A stretch of 64,000 bases of DNA from Phoronis australis (lineage: Eukaryota > Animalia > Phoronida). The stretch lies in NCBI GenBank assembly GCA_002633005.1, contig NMRA01000134.1, forward strand, positions 286,204-350,203. The letters are read 5' to 3'. The notes beneath the pieces were generated by a model that saw nothing but the letters and a program-made list of their open reading frames with translations, made no database searches and was not told where the DNA came from. This document shows, one piece after another, positions 1-11,448 of the stretch (the first letter of the stretch is position 1; every line of letters begins with the position of its first letter). The translations under genes were made by a program, and so were the position numbers.

Positions 1-480
1 AAATTTCAAGACGGAGAGATCCCAAATATTCTGCCACAGGCTCAACAACGCCATTGCATTCGCCGCTTCGGCTCTGCTTATCCTAGGTACCATCACATCA
101 GCCTTGAAAAACGGCCAAGGATCGGCTTCTTTCAGTAAAATTCTTGAAATAGTGCAGAACATCACAGGGAATTACGGGCACTTGGAAAACATTGTGCGTT
201 GATTAACATTGTTGGAAAATGAATAATAAATATATTTACTATTTATTCAGCCCACGTTGTCTTTAAAAAATTTCTAATAGAAAACACTTGGTGGGTGTAG
301 ACATCTGTCGTGCGATAGACTAATGAACTCAGTGTTGTCGACTTGTCATTATGTGATATTCAACGAATTCCCGGATGCTCCATTGAGAGGGTAGTTTCTA
401 GGGAATAACTGAAAAAAGTCACGGATCTCCACGAAACGTTCAGAATGCGTCGTCGAACCCTGTTGATTTCTGGTGAAACT

Positions 481-711
481 AGTAAAACTAATACTACGAG
501 CGTCGGTACTAAAATATAGTAAAATATCCCCACGTTCCGAACGATGCGCTCTTTGTCAAGGGTATGCTACAGACAAACACACCCTTGACAAAGAGCGCAT
601 CGTTCGGAACGTGGGGATATTTTAATATATTTTAGTACCGATGATCGTCGTTTTAGTTTTACTATTTTATATTCTTATCCGTCGGTAAATGCACGGCATA
701 CCAACACCTAT
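481..711. mobile_element. Penelope-like element remnant / 83-bp-arm palindrome
   Basis: Arms 481-563 and 581-663 are near-perfect reverse complements around a 17-nt loop. They contain CTTGACAAAG..(stem)..GGAACGT, resembling the degenerate minimal hammerhead of PLE pseudo-LTRs. Flanked by an imperfect direct repeat, ttgatttctggtgaaact (463-480) / ttgatttcaggtaaaatt (712-729). Confidence 0.55.
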
Positions 712-1220
712 TTGATTTCAGGTAAAATTGACAAGCGACAGACTTCGATATTTTTAAAATCATTGAGAATTGATGGGATTGACGTCATTTTCTACCTTCT
801 GACCTTAATTGGAAGACCCTGCATACTGAGCATGCTGAAGCTTGACTTACCTGTAAACGAAATTCGCCGATTTCATTTGCGTCAACGAAAATATAAATGA
901 CAATTTTAAGATCATAGATGGTATTTCGTTTAGTAAATTAAAAAAGGTATTTTCTCTGGTAAAGCTGACAAAAAACGAAAAAAAGAATTAGATATTAAAA
1001 ATGTACTTATCTTGATAGAACTGAACTGATACCAAGAAGATTATGCAAATTCCCACCAGTTAACACTTGAAAAAATCGGCGGTTGTATGGAGAATGGCCA
1101 GCCCTGAAATTTGACATAGGCAATGACAGATAGCAATATCCCTCGTAGAAGCTCTGGGCAACAACTTGCCAAAATAATGGCTCACAAGATGTAGTTGACG
1201 ACACTAATATAGACCGACTG

Positions 1221-1376
1221 CAGTGCTGTAGTGGTAAAATTAGAGGTAAGTAGGCGCCCAAAGCCCACGGTATCACCTTGAGCACTGAACGTAACTTACG
1301 GTGCGTAGGCTCTACGTTCAAATGCCAAAAGGTGGTTGGCTGCGCCTACGTGCGCCTACGCCCCACTACAGCACTG
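1221..1376. mobile_element. hAT-type MITE (156 bp)
   Basis: Perfect 14-bp TIR CAGTGCTGTAGTGG / CCACTACAGCACTG. 8-bp flanks accgactg / atcgacag match 6/8. A partial internal copy recurs at about 15771-15820. Confidence 0.7.
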
Positions 1377-2040
1377 ATCGACAGTCCAGAATGCTTAGGA
1401 GAAGTGAACGGAGGAGGTATCAACGTTTGAGCACATGAGTACTTAGAACGTACTCCAAGAAAGTGTCCCGGGTGTATACAGGTAGTCTCCACTCTGGGTG
1501 TGGCCCTTTGAGACCTTACAAGGGGGCCAGAATTGAGTTAGATTAGTTATTCGAGGTATCGCCCAAAACTGATTTAGAATCAACAATCGTGCCACACGGA
1601 GCATTAAATTGCACTATAAAAAAGTCTCGCCAGAAACCCAAAAATAACTGCCTAGAATTGAGCTAGGTCAAACAATCGACAAAAAACAACAATTCCATAG
1701 ATGTGATTCAGTACTTGTCGTTGGTCACTAAATGGCCTATGACAGTTAAAATGTCTGAGATGAGCTCAACAGAAGCCCCGAAACGGCCACCCATGCCCAT
1801 GGAAAGATGTTGAGCTGTTTTGCTAGATTAGGATTTCGAGAAACCGGAAGCACCAAAAAAAGACTCATTCAAAATCGAGCGAGTAAAGATTCGTGAACCT
1901 ATTACAAAAGAGTCTCAACACTAACACTTAAACAACAGGAACTTGAAATTACAAGAAATGTAACATAACAACTAAAAGCTTCTTTTGATTGTACGATGAA
2001 TACTTTCAGTCGTCCAGTTGAGTAAATGATAAGCAGAAAA

Positions 2041-2142
2041 TTAAATCAATTTTGGACTTACGGATTGAGTTGGCCTGCCGAAGTCCTCGAGATGAGGAAG
2101 CAACGTAGCCAACTCAATCCTTAAGTTCAGTAATTGATTTAA
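2041..2142. repeat. Imperfect inverted repeat (about 35-bp arms), probable small MITE
   Basis: ttaaatcaattttggacttacggattgagttggc ... gccaactcaatccttaagttcagtaattgatttaa. Confidence 0.6.
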
Positions 2143-2452
2143 TCTTCTTTTGATTCCTTTCTCAATCATAGTGCTGGCATTCAGATAAAAATTGATGACA
2201 ATGTATGGCATCTTGCTGTTTCCATGCAAAACAAATACCATCGTTAGATATTCACTTCAGGAAAAATTACGGAGGAAAACGTCCCCTCGTTAAAAATGCA
2301 GGGGGACAAAGTCTCTCCGCGCTCTCATTGACGACAGTTTAGTTGTAGTTACATGTGGTTCACGGTTGAATGGTAGGCAGACCGCGTTGCGTATCGGGGC
2401 ATGGTGCATCGCGTATAACTCGACGACTCCACGGGATATAGCAACGCGTGCC

Positions 2453-3164
2453 CAACCACGCCCAATAACAAGCACCAATTTTCTCAAGTATATCAGTTTT
2501 ATATAACTGCCAAAAATAGTAAGACCTTTTACGGTTTTCTAAACGATGAAATGCAAACCAAGCATAATGTACTTATTTAAAAAGAGAATTAGTTGCAAAC
2601 TGGTCCAATGAATTTTATAATATCCGGACACTAAGTTACATCAAAATAAAATTTCTACGGCTTTACAAAAAGTTCTACATTTTACTTGCCTACATGACAT
2701 AATATCACTCATACCAATTACTGTTTAAAAGGTTTAATAGGAAGCACTGTTAAATTGAAGCCAAAAATACGACAGAAAGCGTCACCTTACGGACTACTGT
2801 GACCACGCTCATGCGCAGTCGCATTATCAAGGACTGGAATTCCAACTTCGATTGAGCACAGCTCAGGTTCGCCGCGCATACGTGATACTTATCTGTATTC
2901 GATAATTCTGATGTTTTTCCATGCTACAGCATATAGGGCATAGGATGAAACGTTTGTTTAGTACAAACGAAGTAAATTTATAATTGTTAGCACTGAAAAC
3001 TTCTTCCGAACTAGGAACCAGTACTAGTTCGTAGTTTCGAACAAATGCCAACTAAATGTTTGAAACATTTTGCGGTCTTATGACCCCAGAGATTTTCAAA
3101 CTGAGGATCATCTGCTTAACAACTGATTCGGCGATTCGGGAGGCCGGCCGTGGATACTACCGCT
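2453..3164 (-). repeat. Direct duplicate of the LINE 5' region (copy A; copy B about 4895-5607)
   Basis: About 710 bp nearly identical to 4895-5607. The same short ORF (MAFVRNYELVLVPSS...) appears at 2863-3051 and 5306-5494. Confidence 0.9.
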
Positions 3165-3506
3165 TGTAGAATAATAACAATAAACTAGGTTTATTGGGAA
3201 CACTGAAACTACGTCGAGCTGCAATCGTAAGATGGTCGTCCGTGTGTGTCCGTAATAACAAAGTCACTTATACTACATCTCCCCCTCAAGTCTCTTAAAG
3301 ATAAAATTACACTAAACGATACAACAACAAAAATAACACAACTAATGAACGCCAAGTTGGAATTCATAATCAAAAGCCATCGTTCACTATCAATATCATC
3401 AGTCCTCAAATCCATAACGGATGGGTGGTTTTCGAACACGGTGGCTTGGACTACGCAGCGAATTAGTCGGTGAAGTTGGGAGTACCGCCGGTACTGAATC
3501 ATCGGG
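3165..3506 (-). mobile_element. Gypsy LTR retrotransposon 3' end (pol C-terminus, PPT, 113-bp LTR)
   Basis: Minus strand encodes ...LRSPSHRVRKPPIRYGFED* (typical gypsy pol tail). PPT cttgagggggaga (3278-3290) abuts an LTR TGTAG...CTACA (3277-3165) containing AATAAA. The rest is lost in the N-gap. Confidence 0.75.
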
Positions 3507-4105
3507 NNNNNNNNNNNNNNNNNNNNNNNNNNNNNNNNNNNNNNNNNNNNNNNNNNNNNNNNNNNNNNNNNNNNNNNNNNNNNNNNNNNNNNNNNNNNNN
3601 NNNNNNNNNNNNNNNNNNNNNNNNNNNNNNNNNNNNNNNNNNNNNNNNNNNNNNNNNNNNNNNNNNNNNNNNNNNNNNNNNNNNNNNNNNNNNNNNNNNN
3701 NNNNNNNNNNNNNNNNNNNNNNNNNNNNNNNNNNNNNNNNNNNNNNNNNNNNNNNNNNNNNNNNNNNNNNNNNNNNNNNNNNNNNNNNNNNNNNNNNNNN
3801 NNNNNNNNNNNNNNNNNNNNNNNNNNNNNNNNNNNNNNNNNNNNNNNNNNNNNNNNNNNNNNNNNNNNNNNNNNNNNNNNNNNNNNNNNNNNNNNNNNNN
3901 NNNNNNNNNNNNNNNNNNNNNNNNNNNNNNNNNNNNNNNNNNNNNNNNNNNNNNNNNNNNNNNNNNNNNNNNNNNNNNNNNNNNNNNNNNNNNNNNNNNN
4001 NNNNNNNNNNNNNNNNNNNNNNNNNNNNNNNNNNNNNNNNNNNNNNNNNNNNNNNNNNNNNNNNNNNNNNNNNNNNNNNNNNNNNNNNNNNNNNNNNNNN
4101 NNNNN

Positions 4106-5607
4106 CATGATCATCATTGTACCATGTAGAGTTTCGGGCATTGAAATCACCATTTATGATTATACTAACGCTATTGCGGTTAAGTTCCGCTAACTGATCC
4201 GCTAGGGCTTTGAAGTAGAGTTTTCTTTCAGTTGGAGATTGAGAAGGTGAGCGATAAAACAACCCATAGTAAATTTTTCTGTGATCGAAATAAATTTCGA
4301 TCCAGCAGTTGCATAACTGAGGACAAGTTAAGCTAGGACATAATTTAAATGAGAGTGTGTTTTTAGTGAATAAAATGATACCACGGCCACTGTTGCTGTG
4401 ATACGAAACACTGTAACCAGGAATGATTAGTTCATTATCAAGGTCGTCTTTGGTAACATTACAAGTTTCACAAAGAGCGACAATCATATAATCGTAAGAC
4501 AGAACAAAGTTTTTTAGAAGTTGGAATCTGGAGAAATTGTTGGATTTAATACTGTTAATATTTGAAAATAAGATTTTAAAGGAAGTATTGTCTTCAGGCC
4601 CAGGATTTTCTTCAACATCGCCAGCTAAAAGGAGGCACATGCCAATGACGATTCCGTAATCCATACAGGTGTTACATAAACAATAGTAAGACACATCAGT
4701 AAGCTGAACCCGCATAGCGTGATATCTCATTCGATGCCGGTGAGAGGAATTGAACTGTGACCATGAGGGTGAAAACAATGTAAGACCAGAGAAACTCACA
4801 CTACTCGAGGCACTCAAAGGATAGCCGTATTTAACAATTTTAATTGTTAAATTGGGCGTGGTTAGCATTGGTGTATTAAAATACACCAATGCTAACCACG
4901 CCCAATAACAAGCACCATTATTTTCAAGTATATCAGTTTTATATAACTGCCAAAAATAGTAAAACCTTTTACGGTTTTCTAAACGATGAAATGCAAACCA
5001 AAGCATAATGTACTTATTTAAAAATAGAATTAGTTGCAAACTGGTCCAATGAATTTTGTAATATCCGGACACTAAGTTACATCCAAATAAAATTTCTACG
5101 ACTTTACAAAAAGTTCTACATTTTACTTGCCTACATGACATAATATCACACACATACCAATTACTGTTTAAAAGGTTTAATAGGAAGCACTGTTAAATTG
5201 AAGCCAAAAATACGACAGAAAGCGCCACCTTACGGACTACTGTGACCACGCTCATGCGCAGTCGCATTATCAAGGACTGGAATTCCAACTTCGATTGAGC
5301 ACAGCTCAGGTTCGACGCGCATACGTGATACTTATCTGTATTCGATTATTCTGATGTTTTTCCATGCTACAGCATATAGGGCATAGGATGAAACGTTTGT
5401 TTAGTACAAACGAAGTAAATTTATAATTGTTAGCACTGAAAACTTCTTCCGAACTAGGAACCAGTACTAGTTCGTAGTTTCGAACAAATGCCAACTAAAT
5501 GTTTGAAACATTTTGCGGTCTGATGACCCCAGAGATTTTCAAACTGAGGATCATCTGCTTAACAACTGATTCGGCGATTCGGGAGGCCGGTCGTGGATAC
5601 TACCGCT
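4106..5607 (-). mobile_element. APE-type non-LTR retrotransposon (CR1/L2-like), 5' part: leader, 2A peptide, AP endonuclease
   Basis: Open frame with APE motifs NINSI, ALCET, GRGI, FYRSPSQ and GDFNA, preceded by LLLAGDVEENPGP. Truncated by the N-gap; RT not visible. Confidence 0.85.
4596..4634 (-). other. 2A-like StopGo (ribosome skipping) peptide LLLAGDVEENPG|P
   Basis: Exact match to the D(V/I)ExNPGP consensus, immediately N-terminal to the APE domain. Confidence 0.9.
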
Positions 5608-5680
5608 GCCTAGCTGGTAACGTAAAGCAACATAAATGTATTGTAATAATGTCGAAAGATCCACTTGATCAAGCAACACC

Positions 5681-6079
5681 CGTTGCATGAAACAGCCCCA
5701 TATAGGGACTAACTCGTACGTTCCCTAAACCTACTCACAGGTGTAATCTTTTTCTATCATGTCATCTTTACTATGAGATTCTCTTTGACTAATGACATTT
5801 TCTAAATATAACTGAAAACTGGGTCCCGAATTCAGTGAAAATGAATAGAGACTTAATTCTTAAATAGGGGGTGTTGCATGAAAATATTCCTATTTCTTTT
5901 CGTTAATACTGAGAATTCAACGTAGAGTTCACTCTTGATTTTTATCACAGCCAAAAAATGACTCAAATATGAAATTAAAACAGTATAACAAAGACAATCG
6001 CCGTTTCAGCAAGTGCACAAATGCGCAATAGATTTTGGGAACTTAGTTGAGCCCCTATTTGGGACTGTTTCATGCAACC
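5681..6079. mobile_element. MITE, possibly PIF/Harbinger-like
   Basis: Imperfect TIR cgttgcatgaaacagccccatataggg-actaact / agttgagcccctatttgggactgtttcatgcaac. A smaller relative with ccgtttcatgaaa TIRs lies at about 24628-24718. Confidence 0.55.
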
Positions 6080-7023
6080 GTGCACTGAGCTTTAATACAG
6101 TACCAAAAGCATTATCTAGGACAAATTATATTTTAACACAGGGCCAATGGGAAAAGTGTAACATTCTTAACTGTAAATAAATTTTTTCTATCGAATTGCA
6201 CAAGATTCGTATAATTAGAAAGCCCTACGTGAACTCTTGATGATGTATACCAAAAACAACAGATAAATAATTTACTTCATTAATTATCATTTTGCATACC
6301 TAACAGGTTTAAAAATACTTTTTAAGTCTAAAAACCAGGAATGTCACCAAAATGCGAAAAATAACATACAGCTACAATTTAATAATGAAGCCCTTCGTGA
6401 ACTAATTGGCTGAATATTTAACTAATAATAAGTCAACTAATTAACTCGTATTGTCAATTAATTTAGGGTGTAATCGTGACAAAAGAGGAAATGATGGTTA
6501 ATTAAACTAGCAGCGAAATAATTTCTGATTCAAAAGATTGCAACCGGATAAAGACAAATATTTCACAATATGGGTCTCTCACATTTGTTGTGAAGAATTT
6601 AGTCAGGCAATCATCCAAAATTATACATCTATATATATTAATTGGACATTTGGTACCGACTGATATAATTATAAGCTGTAACACTAGAAGGCATGGGCCA
6701 CGCGTGGGAGTTGGCATTCTGGTCCTAAAGTTCTATACTCGTTGTTATCGAAAATGCTGCACGCATTTTCTATTGGACGAAATCAATGTTCGTTTGTGTA
6801 ACAAAATATTTGTGACATGAAACTCCAAAATATGGCTTACACGTAATGACGTTGACTCCATAACTGCTCCTTTCCTCAAATTCTAAGCACAGACCTGGAG
6901 GAATAAAATAGGCCTACCAACGTCGAGCACGCGTGGCGCATGACCTCGTGTTAAAGCGAGATTTCACGGGACAGTCCGCGAGAATTTGCACTGTGTACTT
7001 CCTGTTGTCCGCTCGTCCGAGTT

Positions 7024-7578
7024 CTCGCTGGTTCCCTGCAGGTATAATTCAATAGCACGCGCTTTATTACTGGTTAGTGTAACCTCGGCAGTCATTTGTT
7101 ACCTTTACAACAAAGAAAGAAAATGGCGGACTATGAACAGTTTTTAACCCTTGTTAAGCAACAACTATTTCATGTCTGCAGCAATGTTTAATAGCCGCAT
7201 GCTTGAAGCACATACGTGTACAATAAACACACATCTGGTTGATTTGACAGGTGTGTTATTCATGCTGTGTGAATACAGGACAGCAACGGAAACAAACGTC
7301 AGCGACAGAGTAGAAAGATGCACTCCGAAATGGCGCGACCACAATTTTCTGGGATTCACATTTCTTTAACATGAATTTTAAGCACCGCCTTGTCTCTACA
7401 ACAGACCAAATTTACACTTCCTCCATCAGTCATGCCATTGTGTTTGCGTAAAGCGTTACCTGTTGAGAATTCGACCTTCCAGTCAGCTAGAAACGCCGGT
7501 GTAAAAATTTTTCCCGAGGAAATTTAAAAGATACCTGCGTGCTGGCTACCACCTAGCGACACGCAGGGAACCAGCGAG
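7024..7578. mobile_element. MITE with 9-bp TSD (Mutator-like)
   Basis: Perfect 16-bp TIR CTCGCTGGTTCCCTGC / GCAGGGAACCAGCGAG. Flanks gtccgagtt / gtccgaaat match 7/9. Confidence 0.65.
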
Positions 7579-8582
7579 GTCCGAAATTTGTTCGAGTGTT
7601 GTAGTTATCAAGTCAAGCCTAATTTCATTGCTTCGCTTTCATTCTGTCATTTTTGTTCATAATGGAATCATCAAGCGAGACTATTGAGGTACGGTTCCAT
7701 ACAACCAGCGATTTCTCTACAAAATAAATTAGAAAACCTGTCAGTTACATTGGTCATTCTTTCCTAGAAATCTATTAAGTTATTTCTGCCCAAGTTCTTT
7801 GCACAGCACACTTTAAAGTTACGTATAAGTGTTAAGTTTTAACTCGGAACTAGTGGGAGTAATAGATTACCTTAACTTGGTCGCAGGACAAAATTCTGTA
7901 ACCAGTGTTCCCAATGACTATGGAATTCTACGTTTGATGTTTTGACAGTACATATTTTTAATGTTGAATACTAGTTCAAAATTATAAGGAAAGACACAAT
8001 ATTTGGTTCCTAGTTTTTGTTCATTAATTATACATTGTAAAAGAATGCAGATGATGTGGTTACAAATGGGAGATCCAGATAGCTGAGTCCGTCATTAAAC
8101 AAGTTGTTTCTTATAGCTGCTAAGCAGCCGCCAAAAATAGTAGTCTAAATCAAAAGTTTGCTCATCAAAGGTTCATCGAGTTTTATAATAAAAAGTAAAT
8201 GTAAACCTAAACTGGTGTAGTATTGTTACAGTCTGTACAAAAATATATTTTTTTTATAAAAACAGTTTTGTACACAATTGCTCTCACAATTTCCTTTTGC
8301 ACCCAGTTTTTTTACTTTGTTTGGCATGTTAAGTCATTTAAAAGCTAAAATAATGAAGATCCACTCCCGCAAATACCAGTAAAGAACAACGCAAAGTGAC
8401 ATCTAACGGCCAATTTGTTAACGTGAAACCTAAAGTGGGTTGCATTGACGAAGCGCTTAAGTAGCGAAATACTCATGCAACGGCCTTTCGCACCCGGGAG
8501 CTACACCTGCGTAGCGCTACGCAGCGCTCTTTTTTAATTGACTTCGCACTAGTGCTACGTTGTAGCGATCATGCGTGGTCAT

Positions 8583-8875
8583 TGTAGCATTCTAAGGATA
8601 ATCTCTGTGTTTTGTTTATTTATGTCAGTCGGATGGGCGGCGCAACTTACCAACCCCCTCCCCCCAGTCCCTCTGTGGTGCACCGCTCATAGACCATGGT
8701 GCGCCGCCCATGTTTGTCCATTCTGCTACCACGTGTTTACAGAACATGGTTGAATGTTTGTATATAGAGGGCAACTCTGTGCCAGGAGTTTCGCTTGACC
8801 TGAAGCGTTGCCTTTTTAGCAATTAAAGTTGTCAATTATCATCTTGAGTCTGTGTAAGTTATTTGGTTTCTGTCA
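8583..8875 (+). mobile_element. Possible solo LTR
   Basis: TG...CA ends with 4-bp flanks tcat/tcat, an internal TATA-like gtatatagag (8760) and attaaa (8822). Terminal inverted repeat is weak. Confidence 0.35.
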
Positions 8876-9321
8876 TCATTATAAAATTAACCTTAAACAG
8901 TGTGAGTTCATGTCCTGGTCCACTCTATACAAACGTATCCTGGACAAACGCAATCTATATTTTAAGGTCAAATTCAGGCGATTCCTTTAAATATGGCTGA
9001 TCTCGCCAAACTCTTCAGTTATGAGATAGCTCCGTCTTTAACTAGACGTAACAAGAGAATCAAGAAAACAAAAGGATGTAAAGTAGAAAAGGTTCCACTA
9101 CCACGAAACTAAGTTGCAATCAAGGATACCACAGTTCTTGTGTGGAAACCACAGGTACCGACCATAGCTGTCACTATATTAGTTTTGAAATTGGTTAACT
9201 TTATTGGGACTGTAGCTTAGGCCTCCAGTATCACTTAATCTTGAATACTTTGTAGCATACTGTTAGACTGGTTAGTAAAGATGATTGTCATTGCAATGGC
9301 CATACACAAATATGTATTTAA

Positions 9322-10222
9322 AGGCGACGGCAACCTTTTTCATGTCATTTTTAGCAAAAATAAGGTTCGTTGATTATTCTAGATATATTTTTCAGTTAAT
9401 TACAGCTTTTTGTATATCAAACAATTACTCGTCTGCTACTCCGGAAGTGACGTTTTGGGAGGCAAATATTCCGCGCCAATTTCTTTTCATATAGACCGAC
9501 AGCTGTGAGAGCTGCCGAGTCAGACGGTCATCGCTCTACATCGGTTGTTTTAAGTTCGGTCGTCGTTTGCTTTTGTTTACGAGTAAGTCAACATGCCACA
9601 CTGTTGCTGCGTGCCGGGATGTACTCATTATCATCTCACGGACAGAGGAACAACTGCCCCATGTAATTACCTGAGTGTCCCGCGACAAACTCCCATTGGA
9701 CGATAACTTGAGCACACAAACTGCTTACATACCGCCGTGTAACTCCCTCGCCACACACCTGACACCTTGTAAATAGCTCGAATACATGTACTTTAGACAA
9801 GTCCACAATAAATTTGACAACGTTTGGCTCACCGATCTGTTCATTGGACGACGAACTGTCCTCTTCACTCGGTGTCTAACTGGGCCTGTATTCACTCCCA
9901 CTACTGAACATCGCAGCAGGGCTGCTTACAGGCTCTGGGCGATAATGAGTACATCCCGGTACGCAGCAACATTTTGGCATGTTGACTGACTCGTAAACAA
10001 AAGCAAACGACGACCGAACTTATCACAATCGAGGTAGAACAGTGACTGACTCGACAGCTCTCACAGTCGGACTATATGAAAAGAAATTGGCGCGAAATTT
10101 TTGCCTCCCAAAACGCCACGGACGAATTATCAATTAAATTGCGAAAAGCTGTAATGAAGTGAAAAATATGTCTGGGATAATCAATTAAAGTTAAGTTTGC
10201 TAAAAGACATGAAAAAGGTTGG
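9322..10222. mobile_element. Kolobok-type foldback derivative made of two THAP-bearing ends
   Basis: TTAA|AGGCGACGGCAACCTTTTT left end. Arms of about 300 bp (9322-9640 and 9940-10222) are inverted copies, each ending in a THAP start (MPHCCCVPGCTHY at 9593 +; MPKCCCVPGCTHY at 9980 -). Same family as 18286-19576. The right terminus is degraded. Confidence 0.75.
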
Positions 10223-11448
10223 CTGAGGAATTATATGTTGTATTACACTATTATTAGACTTAAGTAAAATATTGATTATGTATTGTAGAATGTAGCTTCA
10301 CGGTGAAATTGGTAATATTAGAAACAATATATCAGCATCAGTGAATAAATGGTTATACTACAGTACGTGTCTTTACTTCGCATAAACATTTGAGTCATTG
10401 TCTCAAGCGGTCGGCGGGAAAACAAATATAGAGTGGGTTGAGTTCTTCAGCATAGTTTTTGATGCAGTGTTGACGACGGGTAGAAGAGCTTTATTCGTAT
10501 AAATAAATTGCCTTTATTTTTATATTTCATAATTTATACTATTTTTGCTCGTCCACTGCCTTGTGATGACTTGTACCCGATGTTTACTAATTATAGAAAC
10601 ATGCCTGGTGGTCGCTAGCGCCGGAATGTTTGGCAACATGGCTGTCATCAGCGTAGCAGTGCATTGATACTGTAAGCTATCCCATCAAGACTACGCCCCA
10701 CCATACCGTCACTTAGAGGAGTTTCGGGTGAGTTGAGACACTTCTTTCGTTTTTGTACGATATTTCTTTGGGTTGTGGGTAAAGCGAACAAACCGCATAA
10801 CTTTATCGAAGTTTCATCATTCCCCATTCAAATGACATAGTAAACAACTGTAAACAACTGCTCAATGTCTTAATCTGGTTTGATTGAAAATTATTGGTCA
10901 ATTGGATCAACTCACCTGCACCCTGTTAAGGAGACTTGAACTCACTTTCAATCAAGCAGTTTTGTAAGAATGTTACGCACATTGTATATCACACGTGCGC
11001 CTTTAGGCGTAGTGATATAAGAAACATGAAGTAATTGTCCAACGATGTTCATCAGTTTTCTGTCGCATGCAGTAATTGACGTGTGATCGTTTATTATTCT
11101 TCACCCTTGTGTCTGGAGAAAATTTGTTGATATTCGTTGAAATTCGATTTTAAAAACTATTAAAGACATATTTTTACTGCGTATTTAAAAAGGATCTGTA
11201 AAAAGTTATTAATATTTAATTTTAAAAAGTAAGCAGCAGCAATTATTGACCATAGTGTGAACAATCGTCATAGCCTAAGTGGTACACAGACTGTCCTCAA
11301 ATGAAACTGAGAGTTTACTTAATAAGTTTACTTATGATTTGCTAACATCGATTGCCTCTCTTTTTGAAACACTCCGAGTCTGCTCAATAAAATTAGTTAA
11401 ATATCTTCAACTGGTGCATTGACGTTCTGTAATAATCGAACTACTTAA

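Noticed and set aside
1752-1790. Hammerhead-like ctgagatgag...cgaaac
   Set aside because: Core spacing is wrong and there is no convincing helix II.
3209-4153. Long ORFs spanning the first N-gap (including the 584-aa ORF as a single protein)
   Set aside because: Read-through of Ns joins a LINE endonuclease to an unrelated gypsy pol tail.
5560-5615. HDV-like ribozyme at the LINE 5' end (ggcctcccg on minus)
   Set aside because: An L3-like word is present, but I could not build P1/P3/P1.1 pairings.
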